Origin: Malacoraja senta
Lineage: Eukaryota
Direction of reading: 5' to 3'
DNA length: 64,000 nt
NCBI GenBank assembly: GCA_038087875.1
Contig: CM075990.1
Location: forward strand, 3,288,001 to 3,352,000
The notes beneath the pieces are model-generated. The model was not told the DNA's origin and made no database searches. It worked only from the letters and a program-made list of their open reading frames with translations. The translations under genes and the position numbers were made by a program. Positions within the stretch are counted from its first letter, which is position 1. Every line of letters starts with the position of its first letter. This document shows, piece after piece, positions 25,064-38,105 of this stretch.

Positions 25064-25734
25064 CAGATGTTCCTCGACTTACGATGCTTCAACTTACGAT
25101 ATGATGGCGCAAAAACGATACACATTCAGTAGAAACCGTACTTTGAATTTTGAATTTTGATCTTTTCCCGGGCTAGCGATATGCGGTACGACACTCTCAT
25201 GTGATGCTGGGAAACGGCAGCGAGCCAGTCAGCCACGAGTGTGAACAAGCGATACTCTACAGTGTACCGTGTTGCCAGCGTTTGTCGGATACACAGTGTA
25301 TTGTGTACTGTGTTTTTGCATCCCATCGTCTCTTCAAAACGCCCATCTGTGTCTCCTGCTTCTGGTGAGAAGAAGAAGAGGAAGGCGATTACTCTTGAGA
25401 TGAAACTCAAGAAAATTGTCCAGCGTGAAGGCGGCAAGCCAGTAGTGGCCATCGCACGTGAGTTAGGACTTTCGCAATCGACCATCTTAGAGGATAAGAA
25501 GCGAATCAGTGATGCGGTGAAATCGTCAGTATCGGTTAAATCCGCGGTCATCGTGAAGAAAAGAGCCGGGCCGATTGATGATGTGGAGAGTTTACTTGTC
25601 ACGTGGATGGAAGACCAGATACACAAGCGCATACCGCTTAGCCTGCTGTCGATCCAGGATAAGGCAAGAAGTCTCCTCAACTTTCCATATTTTCGATTTA
25701 CGATGGGTTTATTGGGACGTAAGTTGAGGAGCAG
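25064..25734 (+). mobile_element. Internally deleted Tigger/pogo (Tc1-mariner) transposon
   Basis: TIR CAGATGTTCCTCGACTTACG / CGTAAGTTGAGGAGCAG, TA flanks; ORF 25241-25759 has the CENP-B-type HTH (KRKAITLEMKL..VAIARELGLSQST..LLVTWMEDQ..IPLS..IQDKARSL), no DDE domain. Confidence 0.9.
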
Positions 25735-25838
25735 TATTGTCTTTCTGCTGAATGGATAGCATGCAACGAAAGCTTTTCACCGTACCTCGGTACACGTAAC
25801 AATAAACTAAACTGGACTGAAGGGGCACCCAGTCTTAA

Positions 25839-26947
25839 AGGGCCAGTCCCACTTGGGCGACCTAATCCGCGAGTCCAGAAGAGTGTCTTCGACCTTCAGG
25901 TTCGAGGGCACTCGCATGGAAAGCCTCGAAATGGATCGACCATCCGCGTTGAAACCGCGAGCTGGATCGACCGTCCGCATTGAAACCGCGAGCTGGATCG
26001 ACCGACCGCACACACACACACAAACACATCGCAAAGCCGGGGGCCAGGGAAAGCGAGGGAGCGCTGCCTGAAATTCACACCCGCGTTGAAGAAGAAGGTA
26101 AAATGGCTGCACAGTAACGGGAGGTCCTTTAGAGAGTGTGGGGGTGGGGGGTGGTGGGGGGGAGGGGAGAGAAGGGGAGAGAAGGGGAGAGAAGGGGAGA
26201 GAAGGGGAGAGAAGGGGGGGAGAAGGGGGGGAGAAGGGGGGGAGAAGGGGGGGAGATGGGGAGAGAAGGGGAGAGAAGTGGAGAGAAGGGGAGAGAAGGG
26301 GAGAGAAGGGGAAAGAAGGGGGGAGAAGGGGAGAGAAGGGGAGAGAAGTGGAGAGAAGGGGAGAGAAGGGGAGAGAAGGGGAGGAGAAGGGGAGAGAAGT
26401 GGAGAGAAGGGGAGAGAAGGGGGGGAGAAGGGGGGGAGAAGGGGGGGAGAAGGGGGGAGAAGGGGGGGAGATGGGGAGAGAAGGGGAGAGAAGGGGAGAG
26501 AAGGGGAGGAGAAGGGGGGAGAAGGGGGGGGAAGGGGGGGGGGAGACACGTTTAAGAAGTATAATAATGTTTTGCGGGCATTTTACCTACCGGTAAGTCT
26601 TCCTTGGTCCTGAAAACTCCAATGAGCCAATCAAACTGTCCGGTCAGCGAAGGAGATTGCCTACGGCTGCCCTCGACTGCCTGTAAATCAATAGTGACCC
26701 CACTCCACTGCATTACGAGTTAAAAAGAACCATGCCGACCAAATTTTACTCGGGGAAAATTTTTCAACATGCTGAAAAAAAAATTTCCGCGACCTAGCTG
26801 AGGCCGCGAGTATTCGGGAACTTTCCTCGAGCATAAAGGAGAGTTCCAGCGACCTCATACGACCACGTGTCGACCATGCTGCGAGTTTGAAGGTTGAAGA
26901 CACTCTTCTAAACTCGCAGATTAGGTCGCCCAAGTGGGACAGCCCCT
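25839..26947. mobile_element. Harbinger-type MITE (family 3) with expanded minisatellite
   Basis: Colinear with 19272-20049; TAA/TTA flanks. Confidence 0.85.
26140..26545 (+). repeat. (GGAGAGAAGG)n-type polypurine minisatellite
   Basis: About 400 bp of ~10-nt degenerate G/A units. Confidence 0.95.
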
Positions 26948-27764
26948 TTACAACTCTGCCCACTTGTCTCCAAGTAAAAATGGCAGAGTTGTGAAATGCG
27001 CTGGCTGGCTATCACCTGCCTTCAACGAGCGCACAGAGCCAAAAATCCACCCCGATCAATTTAATTTGAAAGCAACACAGGACAGGGCAAACTCACACGC
27101 AGGGAGAGGAGTGAAAGAAGTGCAAGAAAATAATGGCCCAGAAAATCTATTTAACCTGATATCATCTAAATTTTCTAGCTTGAAATATTTAATTGAATGT
27201 GGTTCCCAGGCACACTGTGTACCTGCTTGAGTTCCAGTTGTTTGGCACTTGAGTGACTTTGCAATAGTTCACCGACTTCTTGGAGCCATGAATGTGAGTG
27301 GTTCTCAGATGGTGCGGAGATATGGCCCTTCACTTTAAATGACTGAAACAAAAAATGAAACCCCTTGATATCTTTTTACTCTTTACTTTTAGATGCACAG
27401 AGACTCTTGCCCAGAGTAGGGGAATCGAGGACCAGAGGACGTAGGTTCAAGGTGAAGGGGAAAAGATTGACTAGGAATCGGAGGGGTAACTTTTTCACAC
27501 AAAGGGTGGTGGGTGGAACAAGCTGCCAGAGGAGGTAGTTGAGGCTGGGACTATCCTATCGTTTAAGAAACAGTTAGACAGGTACATGGATAGGACAGGT
27601 TTGGAGGGATATGGACCAAGCGCAGGCAGGTGGGACTAGTGTAGCTGGGTCATGTTGGCCGGTGGGGGCAGGTTGGGCCGAAGGGCCTGTTTCCACATTG
27701 TATCACTCTGTGGCTCTTCCCCTTTTAAGCTCCTGTCAGAACTCCCACCAAAACGCAAATGTTT

Positions 27765-28028
27765 TTTTCGAGATACAGCGCGGAAACAGGCCCTTCGGCC
27801 CACCGAGTCCGCGCCGACCAGCGATCCCCGCACACTAACACTACCCTACACACATTAAGGACAATTTACCTGTACGTCTTTGGAGGAAACCGAAGATCTC
27901 GGCGAAAACCCACGCAGTCACGGGGAGAACGTACAAACTCCGTACAGACAGCACCCGTAGTCGGGATCGAACACGGGTCTTTGGCGCTGTAAGGCAGCAA
28001 CTCTACCGCTGCACCACTGTGCCGCCCA
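27765..28028 (-). mobile_element. HE1-like V-SINE
   Basis: Reverse-complement SINE consensus. Confidence 0.9.
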
Positions 28029-28249
28029 CAAATGTCTTTGAAATGATGTTGCAGTCTCTGCCTCAACCACCCACTCTGGCAGCTCGTTCCAGATACCCAC
28101 CACACTCTGAGTGAAAAGCTGTGGGGGAGAAGGTATTCTTCAACCTGGTGTCGAGGTTTTCAGACTCCTGAAGACCTGCAGATCAGGGTGAGGTGAATTA
28201 GTAGAAACTGCTGTGAACACCACCTAGAAGGTGCAGAGAGTGGCGGTGC

Positions 28250-29172
28250 AGGATTCCCAAAACGTTAACTTGCAAGTCGAATCAGTAGCAAGGAAGGCGA
28301 ATGTAAAAACAGGGATGTAATGCTGAGGCTTTATAAGGCACTGGTCAGGCCGCATTTTGAGAATGGCGAGCAGTTTTGGGCCCCATATCTGAGGAAGAAT
28401 GTGTAGGAAGAAACTGCAGATGCTGGTTTAAACCGAAGATAGACACAAAAACATGGAGCAACTCGGCGGGACAGGCAGCATCTCTGGAGAGAAGGAATGG
28501 GTGACGTTTCGGGTCGAGACTGAAGAAGGCTCAGTTGTGTCATTAGGCTGTTCTCACCTGCCTGCTCAAGGTCGGCATGGTGGCACAGCGGTAGAGTTGC
28601 TGCCTCACAGCGCCAGAGACCCGGGTTCGATTCTGACCTCGGGTACTGTCTGTGCGGAGTTTGCGTGTTCTCCACGTGACCGTACGGGTCGAGACTGAAG
28701 AAGGCTCTCGACCCGAAATGACACCCATTCCTTCTCTCCAGAGATGTTGCCTGTCCCGCTGGGTTACTCCAGCTTTTTGTATCTATCTAAGGAAGGATAT
28801 GCTGGCATTGGAGAGGGTCCAGAGGAGGTTTACAAGAATGATCCTGGGAATGAGTGGGTTAACATATAATGAGTGTTTGACGGCATTGGGCCTATACTTG
28901 CTGGAGTTGAGAGGGATGAGGGGGAACTTACTGAGTAGTGAAAGGCCTGGATAGAGTGGAGAGGATGTTTCCACTAGAGGGAGAGTCTAGGAACAGAGGC
29001 CATAGCCACAGAATAAAAGGGCGTACCTTTGGAAAGGAGATGAGGAGTAATTTTTTTTGTCAGAGTGTAATGAATCTGTGGAATTCATTGCCAAAGACGG
29101 CTGTGAAGGCCATCAGTTGATATTTTTTATGGTGTAGATTGATAGATTCTTGATTAGTACGGGTGTCAGGGC
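28250..29172 (+). mobile_element. CR1 LINE 3' fragment interrupted (28401-28787) by an inverted Penelope pseudo-LTR pair
   Basis: LRLYKALVRPH..PYLRK | LRKDMLALERVQRRFTRM..SRNRGHS. Confidence 0.8.
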
Positions 29173-29600
29173 TTTCTGGTCCTATTCACAGGCTCCAGAT
29201 GGGAGCCTTTTTAAGAACATTTAATATGGAACTTTACTTTAGAATTTAGATACAGATACAGATAGAGGAATGGGCCCACCTAGTCCACGCGACCAGTGTT
29301 CACCCCGTACACTAGCTCGATCCTGCACACACTAGGGCCAATTTTACAATTTTGACCTAAGCCAATTAACCTACAAACCTGTATGTCTTTGGACATACAG
29401 GGTAGTGTTAATGCACAGACAGTACCCGAGGTCAGGATCGAACCCGGGTCTCTGGCGCTGTGAGGCAGCAACTCTACCGCTGTGCCACCGTGCCGACCTT
29501 GAGCAGGCAGGTGGGAATCAGTCTGATGTCACAACCGAGAAAGCGGCACTCCCTCAGATTGTGGGCCGAAGGGCCTGTGCCTGTGCTGTACCTTTCCAAG

Positions 29601-29922
29601 TTTAGTTTTAGTTTAGTTTAGTTTCGAGATACAGCGTGGAAAAAGGCCCTTCGGCCCACCGAGTCTGCGCCGACCAGCGATCCCCGCGCATTAGCACTAT
29701 CCTACACAAACCAGGGACAATTTGCTATTTTTTTACCAAGCCAATTAGCCTATATTCTGTACGTCTTTGGTGTGTGGGAGGAAACTGGAGCACCCGGGGA
29801 AAACCCACGCGGTCATGCGGAGAAAGTACAAACTCCATACAGACAGCACCCGTAGTCAGGATCGAACCCGGGTCTCTGATGTTGTAAACCAGTAACTCTA
29901 CCGCTGCGCCACCATGCTGCCC
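29601..29922 (-). mobile_element. HE1-like V-SINE
   Basis: Reverse-complement SINE consensus. Confidence 0.9.
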
Positions 29923-29977
29923 GTGTTCCGTGTTCTATGTTCTATCGCATTGAACGTCAGCATGGATGGTATACTAA

Positions 29978-30415
29978 AGGGCCTGTCCCACGGGCATGCG
30001 ACTCCATGCGGCAAGCATGACCTAACCGCAAGCGGGGGCCGTGCGGGGGCCGTGCGGAGGTGACGGGGCCGGTCCCACTTCGATCGCCGGAGCCGTATGG
30101 ATTGTGCGGAGCTGGCCCCGACATCGCTCCGAAAAACTGACACTGTTCAAAAATTCCATGCAGCAACGGCCTACCGCCTCGCAACCGCATCGAGGCCCTG
30201 CGCACCTCCTCGCCCCCGTATGCACCGTCTTGACGTCACTCGACCTCCGCGCGCCCCCCGCTTCCGATTTGGTAGCGCTTGCCGCATGCAGCCGCATGCT
30301 GGTGGGACCGGCCCTGTACGAGGATCACTCGACCTCCGTGCGGACCCCGCGCGGCCCCCGCTTGCGGTTAGGTCACGCTTGCCGCATGGAGTCGCATGCC
30401 CGTGGGACAGGCCCT
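29978..30415. mobile_element. GC-rich Harbinger-type MITE with ~85-bp TIRs
   Basis: AGGGCCTGTCCCACGGGCATGCGACTCCATGCGGCAAGC.. mirrored at the right end; TAA/TTA flanks. Confidence 0.9.
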
Positions 30416-31715
30416 TTAGGAGATCTCAACCCAGATCCTTTTAATTAAGATAGACAGGTCAGAATGAAGGGTCTTGACCCAAACGTCACCCATTCCTTCT
30501 CTCCAGAGATGCTGCCTGTCCCGCTGAGTTACTCCAGCTTTTTGTGTCTATCTTCGGTTTAAACCAGCATCTGCTGTTCCTTCCTACACCTTTTAATCAA
30601 AAGTTCTTTCACTGCATCACAGATGACAATGGACGACAAGAGATGAAAATAGAGATAGAGGCAGAATTCTGACAATGTACCAGCCCCATCACGCAAACCA
30701 ACTTCCCATTCGGCCCTTCGAGCCTGCACCGCCATTCAATATGATCATGGCTGATCATCCAACTCAGTATCCTGTACCTGCCTTCTCTCCATACCCCCTG
30801 ATCCCTTTATCCACAAGGGCCACATCTAACTCCATTTACACTTCACGCTGCCTCGGCAAGGCCACCAGTATTATGATGGAGCAGTCTCACCCCAGCGCGG
30901 AAACAGGCCCTTCGGCCCACCGAGCCTGCGCCGACCAGCAATCCCCGCACACTAGCACTATCCTACACAAACCAGGGGCAAGCGGTACAGAAGTGTGAAA
31001 ACGCACACCTCCAGATTCAGGGACAGTATCTTCCCAGCTGTTATCAGGCAACTGAACCATCCTATCAACAACTCGAGAGTAGCCCTGAGCTACTATCCAC
31101 CTCATTAGAGACCTTCAGACTATCTTTAATCTGGCTTTACTGGATTTATCTTGCACTTAATGTTATTCCTATTATCCTGTATCTGTACACAGTTGACGGC
31201 TCGATTGTGATCATCTATAGTCTTTCCGCTGACTGGATAGCACGCAACAAAAGCCTTTCACTGTACCTCGGTATACCTGACAATAAACTAAACTAATAAC
31301 AAAATATCAGTCTGGAGAAGGGTCCTGTCTGAAATGTCACCCATCCATTTCCTCCAGAGATGGAAGGGCAACATGGTGGCGCAGCGGTAGAGTTGCTGCC
31401 TTACAGCGCTTGCAGCGCTGGAGACCCGGGTTCGATCCCGACCTCGGGTGCTGTCTGTACGGAGTTTGTACGTTCTCCGAGATCTTCGGTTTCCTCCCAC
31501 ACTCCAAAGCCGTGCAGGTTTGTAGGCTAATTGGCTCGGAGTATGTGTAAACTGTCCCTTGTGTGTGTAGGGTAGTGCTAATGTGCGGGGGATCTCTGGT
31601 CAGCGCAGAGTCGGTGGGCCGAAGGGCCTGTTATCGCACTGTTTCTCTCCAAACAATACTGAACTAAGATGCTGCCTGACCCACTGAGTTACTCCCACAC
31701 TTTGGCCCACAGAGT

Positions 31716-32088
31716 ACATAGAAACATAGAAACATAGAAAATAGGTGCAGGAGTAGGCCATTCGGCCCTTCGAGCCTGCACCGCCATTCAATATGATCAT
31801 GGCTGATCATCCAACTCAGTATCCTGTACCTGCCTTCTCTCCATACCCCCTGATCCCTTTAGCCACAAGGGCCACATCTAACTCCCTCTTAAATATAGCC
31901 AATGAACTGGCCTCAACTACCTTCTGTGGCAGAGAATTCCAGAGATTCACCACTCTCTGTGTGAAAAAAAAAATTCTCATCTCGGTCCTAAAAGACTTCC
32001 CCCTTATCCTCAAACTATGACCCCTTGTTCTGGACTTCCCCAACATCGGGAACAATCTTCCTGCATCTAGCCTGTCCAACCCCTTAAG
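31716..32088 (-). mobile_element. CR1 LINE 3' fragment
   Basis: ORF 31816-32109 is a CR1 C-terminus; (CTATGTTT)n tail. Confidence 0.9.
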
Positions 32089-32925
32089 TACGTGCTGAGC
32101 GGCAATCACCCGCGCAGCGATCGTCTAATGGTCCACGATCTAAGGGAGCGCTGCACTCCTAGTTGTGAGTTGTGAGGAGGCCCCACCTTGCCAGCCATTA
32201 TTGCATCAGTCCGAAGAAGGGCCTCGACCCGAGACGTCACCCAGAGATGCTGCTTGTCCAGGTGAGTTCCTCCAGCATTTTGCATCTGTTATTGCATGTT
32301 GGTATTATAGACCCCCCCATGAGCGAGAGTGTCTGATGAACAGCCTAAAACTATCAATGCAGTAGACATTTCTTTCACCCTTCTTGCTGGTGTTAAGCAT
32401 TTGTGTACAGCAGGTCAAATTAAATCAACTCCTAATTCAAATTTAGTCTGAATTTTAAAAGCTCTGTATTAATAGGGTTTTACTCAGCATCTTTTAACTT
32501 GTTCCCTTAATTACATTACTTGTCCAATGCCATTAAAGATATCCGAGGAAAGCCATTTAATTATGCCCACATAAACAAGCACTGTCTCTCGGTTATGCCG
32601 AAACCTCGCACTTGCCAGTTCATACTTAAGAGCAGTCAATGATAATGAGTTGATTTCCTCCATGTATAATTAACTACATGCAGAATGATGCAGCAAAGGA
32701 AATATCTTGATGTACAAGTCTTGGTGATGCAAATTAAATGGTTTAAGGAGAGTTCCTGCTGGGACCAACACTAAAGAGAGATATTGCATGTTTCCTTACA
32801 TGTCACTCTGGGCTCTGCGCACGTTGGAGAACCAGGCTCATTATTTTCACTCACATGAAAATAATAAACTTAAAGGCAAAGGGACACCCCACACGTTCTC
32901 ATTAAAGCTTTCTTCCTCACTCCTT

Positions 32926-33215
32926 GGGGTGGCTCGGTGGCGCAGCGGTAGAGTTGCCGTGTCACATCGCCAGAGATTCAGGTTCGATCCTGACTGCGGG
33001 TGCTGTCTGTACGGAGTTTGTGCGTTCTCCCAGTGACCTGCGCCGGTTTTGTCTGGGATCTCGTTTCCTCCCACATATGCAGGGCTAATTTGCTTTGTAT
33101 AATTGTAAATTGTCCCTACTGTGTTTAGCATTGTGTTGGTGTGCGGGGGTCGCTGGTCGGCACAAATTCGGTGGGCCGAAGGGCCTGTTTCTGGGCTGTA
33201 TCTCTAAACTTGACT
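32926..33215 (+). mobile_element. HE1-like V-SINE
   Basis: tRNA head, V-domain, tail. Confidence 0.85.
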
Positions 33216-33357
33216 AAAAAAACGGAACTAAATTCACACACATCATGGTATAGTCTTTACAGGCCCTTTATCACATGACTGTTCGCTATGGCGATGGTGT
33301 CCACCATGATGGATTTGTGTTTGGTTTATTTTATTGGCATTGTTATTTTATTACCAC

Positions 33358-34118
33358 CAGGGGCGCCGGGGGAGGTGGCTGCCTTGCCGGCAGTATGTTC
33401 GTTTTTTCATCTTTTTTTAAATTTTTTGCGTTTGTTGAAAGTGTGTTTTAATGTTGCTCGGTTTGTTTTGTGTGGGGGAAGGGGGAAGGGGGGAGGGGAT
33501 CGGGGGAAACTTTTTTTCAGGTTCCTACCCTTCCCGGAGATGTGATCATTTTTTGGATCACTTTCTCCGGGCTCTCCGGCCTTCGATCAATGGAGCTGGA
33601 AGCCTCCTCGGACTATTGTGAGCCCCACGGCGGGGCGCGGACTTACCATCGGAGCTGATCCCTTGCTTGGGACCACTCTCTCCGTGACCACCGCGGAATC
33701 AACACCAAGGGCTCGCAGTCTTGGGAGAGGCCGAGTCGGGAGCTCCAACGCCGCAGAAGGTTCGTCCAGCCCCGACGCGAGGTTCGATCGCCCGGCGCGA
33801 GGGAGCTAACATCCCCCCGATGCAGGAGTTGATCGCCTCGACGCGGAGGGCCTGAACGCCGCCGGCTATGGGAGTCAAGATCGTCCCGTCAACGGGGGCT
33901 CGAGGCCCACGATCGAGGAAGAACTAAGGGAAAGGACTTGAACTTTATTTCGCCTTCCATCACAGTGAGGAATGTGGAGGAGTCACTGTGGTGGATGTTC
34001 ATGTTAAAATGTGTGATCTGTTAATTTTAATTGTATGACTGACCTGGCCAGTGAAATTCCTCATATGTTGCAAAACATACTTGGCGAATAAAATCTGATT
34101 CTGATACTGATTCTGATT
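33358..34118 (+). mobile_element. GC-rich non-autonomous retroelement (family A)
   Basis: Same modules as 1211-2078; hairpin 33956-33995; AATAAA + (TCTGAT)n tail. Confidence 0.65.
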
Positions 34119-34547
34119 GTAGTGTGTACCGAGGCACAGTAAAAAGCTTTTTGTTGCATCCTTTCCAGTCAACGGAAAGACTAGACTTGGGGGGCGGCAC
34201 GCTGGCGCAGCGGTAAAGTTGCCACCTCACGGCGCCAGAGACCCAGGTTCGATCCTGACTACGGGTGCTGTCTGTACGGAGTTTGTACGTTCGCCCCGTG
34301 ACCGCGCGGGTTTACACCGGATGCTCCGGTTTCCTCCCACATTCCAAGGACGTCCAGGTGTGTAGGTTAATTGGCTTCTGTAAATTGTCCCCAGTGCAGG
34401 ATACAACGCATGTGACTGTATGTCGCAGAGTCATACACCGTGGAAACAGGCCCTTCAGCCCAACCTGCCCACACCCACCAATATACCCCGTCAACACTAG
34501 TCCCACCTGCCTGCATTTGGGTCCACATCCCTCTAAACCTGTCCTAT

Positions 34548-35418
34548 ATGAAGTGGCGGCGCTGTCGTACAGCAGCGGCTCGCCTGCAGTCCGTCTGTTT
34601 TTACTTTTTTTGTTGTTTTCTTTTGTCCTGTTTCAGTTAAATTTTAGTTTATTGGGTTGTGTATGTGTGGGGTGGGGTGGGGTGGGGTGGGGGGGTGAAA
34701 CATGACTTTTGTCTCTTCCTTCGGGGGAATGCGACTTTCTTGTCGTGTCCCCCTTCTCTGCCTCCGTCTGCGCTGAGGCCAAAATGGCGGAGCTGCCGGC
34801 CTCCAACTCCAACTGCGAGCGACCGACCGACCTCGAGGCTCCGGAGGCAGAGCCAGGACTTACCAGCGCGAGGCTGGCCAACTTCGGGGCTGCGGTGGCG
34901 TTCCGGCGGTGGTGACCGAGGACACTGGTGGCGACCTGAATCCGGGGCTCGGCCGCGGGCCCAGTGGACGACATCTTCGGGAGCTCGCAGGTCACAGGTT
35001 GGTCACCTGATTTTCTGGAGCTCCCGCAACTACAGCTGCGTCCGCTGGACTGGAGGGCGGCAGCTTCGGCAGCTTCAGCCACCCCGGGCCGCGGAGTTTG
35101 AGCCGGCCCGTCGCGGAGCACGGATTCGGCCGCTGGACTGGCTTACCGTCGCCCGGTGGGGCCACAGCATCAGAAGCCTGGATCGCCTCAGCGCAGAGGG
35201 AGAAGAAAGCGGGAAGAGACAGAGACTTTAAGACTTTTGCCTCCATCACAGTGAGGAGGTGCCTGGTGAACTCACTGTGGTGGATGTTAATTTGTGTTTA
35301 TTGTATGTTTTGTCATTTATTATTATATGTATGACTGCAGGCAACGAAATTTCGTTCAGACCGAAAGGTCTGAATGACAAATAAAGGAATCTCTAAATCT
35401 CTAAATCTCTAAATCTCT
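34548..35418 (+). mobile_element. GC-rich non-autonomous retroelement (family A) inserted in a CR1 tail
   Basis: Host ..AAACCTGTCCTAT|CCATGTACCTG.. is split around it; hairpin 35242-35284; (TCTCTAAA)n tail. Confidence 0.7.
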
Positions 35419-36217
35419 CTATCCATGTACCTGTCTAAATGTTTCTTAAACATTGCGATAGTCCCTGCCTCAACTACCTCCTCTGCCAGCTCGCTCCTTA
35501 CACCTACCACCCTCTGTGTAATAAAGTTACCCCTCAGGTTCCTATTCATTCACATTAAACCTACGTCCTCTGTTTTTCGATTCCCTTACTCTGACCAAGA
35601 GACTGTGCATTTACCCGATCCATCCCTCTCACGATTTTGTACACCTCTATAAGGATCACCCCTCATCCTCCTGCACTCCAACCTGCTCAACCTCTCCCTA
35701 TAGCTCAGGCCATCGAGTCTTGGTAACGTCCTCGTCAGTCTTCTCTGCACAGTTTCCAGACATTGTGGGCTGAAGGGCCTGTTCCTGTGCTGTACTATGG
35801 TTAACACTATGTAAGGCATCGCCTGTAATCATGTCCACTTTCCAAGTCCTCTGCCTCCTCTTCTCAATCAGTCGACCCCAATCAGTTTGAAGAAAGATCC
35901 CAAGCCAAAACGTCACCTATCCATGTTCTCCAGAGATGCTGCCTGACCCGCTGAGTTAATCCAGCACTTTGTGTGTTTTTTTAATAAACTGGCATCTGCT
36001 GTTCCTTACGTCTCCTCTTCTCCGTTGCAGTTTGCTTCTATCTCTCTTGGTTGATTTAGTTTTAGTTTAGTTTAGAAATGCAGTGTGGAAACAGGCCCTT
36101 CGGCCCACCTAGTCCATTCCGACCAACAATCACACTAGTTCTATCCTAGACACCGGGGGCAATTTGCAGAAGCCAATTAACCTACAAACCTGCAACTTTT
36201 GCAATGTGGGAGGAAAT

Positions 36218-36590
36218 TTACCGAATAGTGAAAGGCTTGGAGAGAGCGGATGTGGAGAGGATGTTTGCACTAGTGGGAGAGTCTAGGACTAGAGGATCAT
36301 AGCCTCAGAATTAAAGGACGTACCTTTAGGAAGGAGATGAGGAGGAATTTCTTCAGTCAGAAGGTGGTGAATCTGTGGAACTCATTGCCACAGAAGGCTG
36401 CGGAGGCCGTCAATGAATATTTTTAAGGCAGAGATGGATAGATTCTTGATTAGTGCGGGTGTCAGGGATTATGGGGAGAAGGCAGGAGGATGGGGTTAAA
36501 AGGGAAAGGTAGATCAGCCATGATTGAATGGCGGAGTAGACTTGATGGGCCGAATGGCCTAATTCTGCTCCTATGACTTATGGACGTATG
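36218..36590 (+). mobile_element. CR1 LINE 3' fragment inserted in a minus-strand V-SINE (36055-36733)
   Basis: CR1 3' consensus; SINE halves on both sides. Confidence 0.85.
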
Positions 36591-37734
36591 AAACTGGAAT
36601 TTCCGGTGAAAACCCACGCGGTCACAGGGAGAAAGTTACAAACCCTGCACAGACTACACCCGAGGTCAGGATCGAACCCGGGTCTCTGGCGCGATAAGGC
36701 AGTAACTCTACCGCTACACCACCATGCTGCCCGGTGATGTGGATAGGCATGCATTGATGGGGAGATGTTTCACCCATTCAGTGCTTGCTCTTGAATTAAA
36801 ACATCCTACTTGACTCCTGTTCGCATGGATGAAGTTTATCCCCTTTCTCTTTAAACAAACTTAATCTCCACTTCAACCTGCGCTCTTGGTAAAGTAATAC
36901 CTCTTCAAAAATTATTTATATTAAAATGCAATAAAAAGCCAAGTATAAATAATCTCCAATGCCACCATGGTAAGGTGTATCAATGTTATACTCTAGCTCC
37001 ATCTCTAATAAGATAGTAAAAAACTTTATATTCCTCTTTAAAAATTAATAAGGTATTTTGGGCCTTATTATATCATTCTTTCACTCGTGTTTTAGTGGTG
37101 TGAGTCCTTTTATTACTCCCAATCATGATTAACTCGGTTTGATGAGAGTCAATATATCTCACCTTTACTGTTAAAATAGGATCGCAAGCCCCATAATACT
37201 ATTTTGAACTTTGATGTTGCGATGGTACACAAAAATGCTGGAGAAACTCAGCGGGTGCAGCAGCATCTATGGAGCGAAGGAGATAGGCAACGTTTTGGGC
37301 CGAAACCCTTCTTCAGACTCATAGTTCAGACTCATAGTTCAGACTTCAACTGATGTTGCGATTCCCCCATTGTATTTGGGGTGGCACGGTGAGCAGCTAC
37401 CTTGCAGCGCCAGAGACCCAGGTTCGATCCTGTCTTCATTTGCACGTTCTCCCTGTGACCGCATGGGTTTTCTCCAAGTGCTTTAGTTTCTTCCCGTGTC
37501 CCAAAGACGTGCAGGTTTGTAGGTTGATTGGCCTCTGTACATTGCCTGCAATGTGGATGAAAAAACTGCGATAACATTGAGCTAGTGTGAACGGGCGATC
37601 GATGGTCAGCGTGGACTCGGTGGGCCGAAGGCCTTTGATGCCATGCTGCCAGTCTAAACTAAACAAAATATTCTTAGTCGTAGTATCATACAGCACAGAG
37701 ACAGGCCCTTCGGCCCAACTCACCCATGCTGAAG

Positions 37735-38105
37735 AAATACGCAAAAAGCTGGAGTAACTCAGCGGGACGGGCAGCATCTCTGGAGAGAAGGAATGGGTGA
37801 TGTTTCGGGTCGAGACCCTTCTTCAGACTGAAAGTCAAGGGAAAGCAAAACGAGATACATAGACGGTGATGTTGAGAGATATAGAACAATGAATGAAAAA
37901 TATGCAAAAAAGTGACGATGATAAAGGAAACAGGCCATTGTTAGCTGTTTGTTGGGTGAAAACGGGAAGCTGGTGCGACTTGGGTGGTGGAGGGATGGAG
38001 AGAGAGGGAATGCCGTGGTTACTTGAAGTTAGAGAAATCAATATTCATACCACTGAATATTAGTAAGCTGCCCAAGAAAAATATGAGATGCAGTTCCTTC
38101 AATCA
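37735..38105 (-). mobile_element. Penelope-like 3' end / pseudo-LTR
   Basis: Homologous to 17178-17545 and 58737-59140; hammerhead motif 37799-37826. Confidence 0.8.

Noticed and set aside
25241..25759. Domesticated TIGD/CENP-B gene
   Set aside because: Lies between TIRs with TA flanks, lacks the DDE domain and starts at GTG; it is a deleted Tigger.
25896..26613. Long P/S- or G/E/R-rich ORFs
   Set aside because: Translations of a stop-free polypurine minisatellite.
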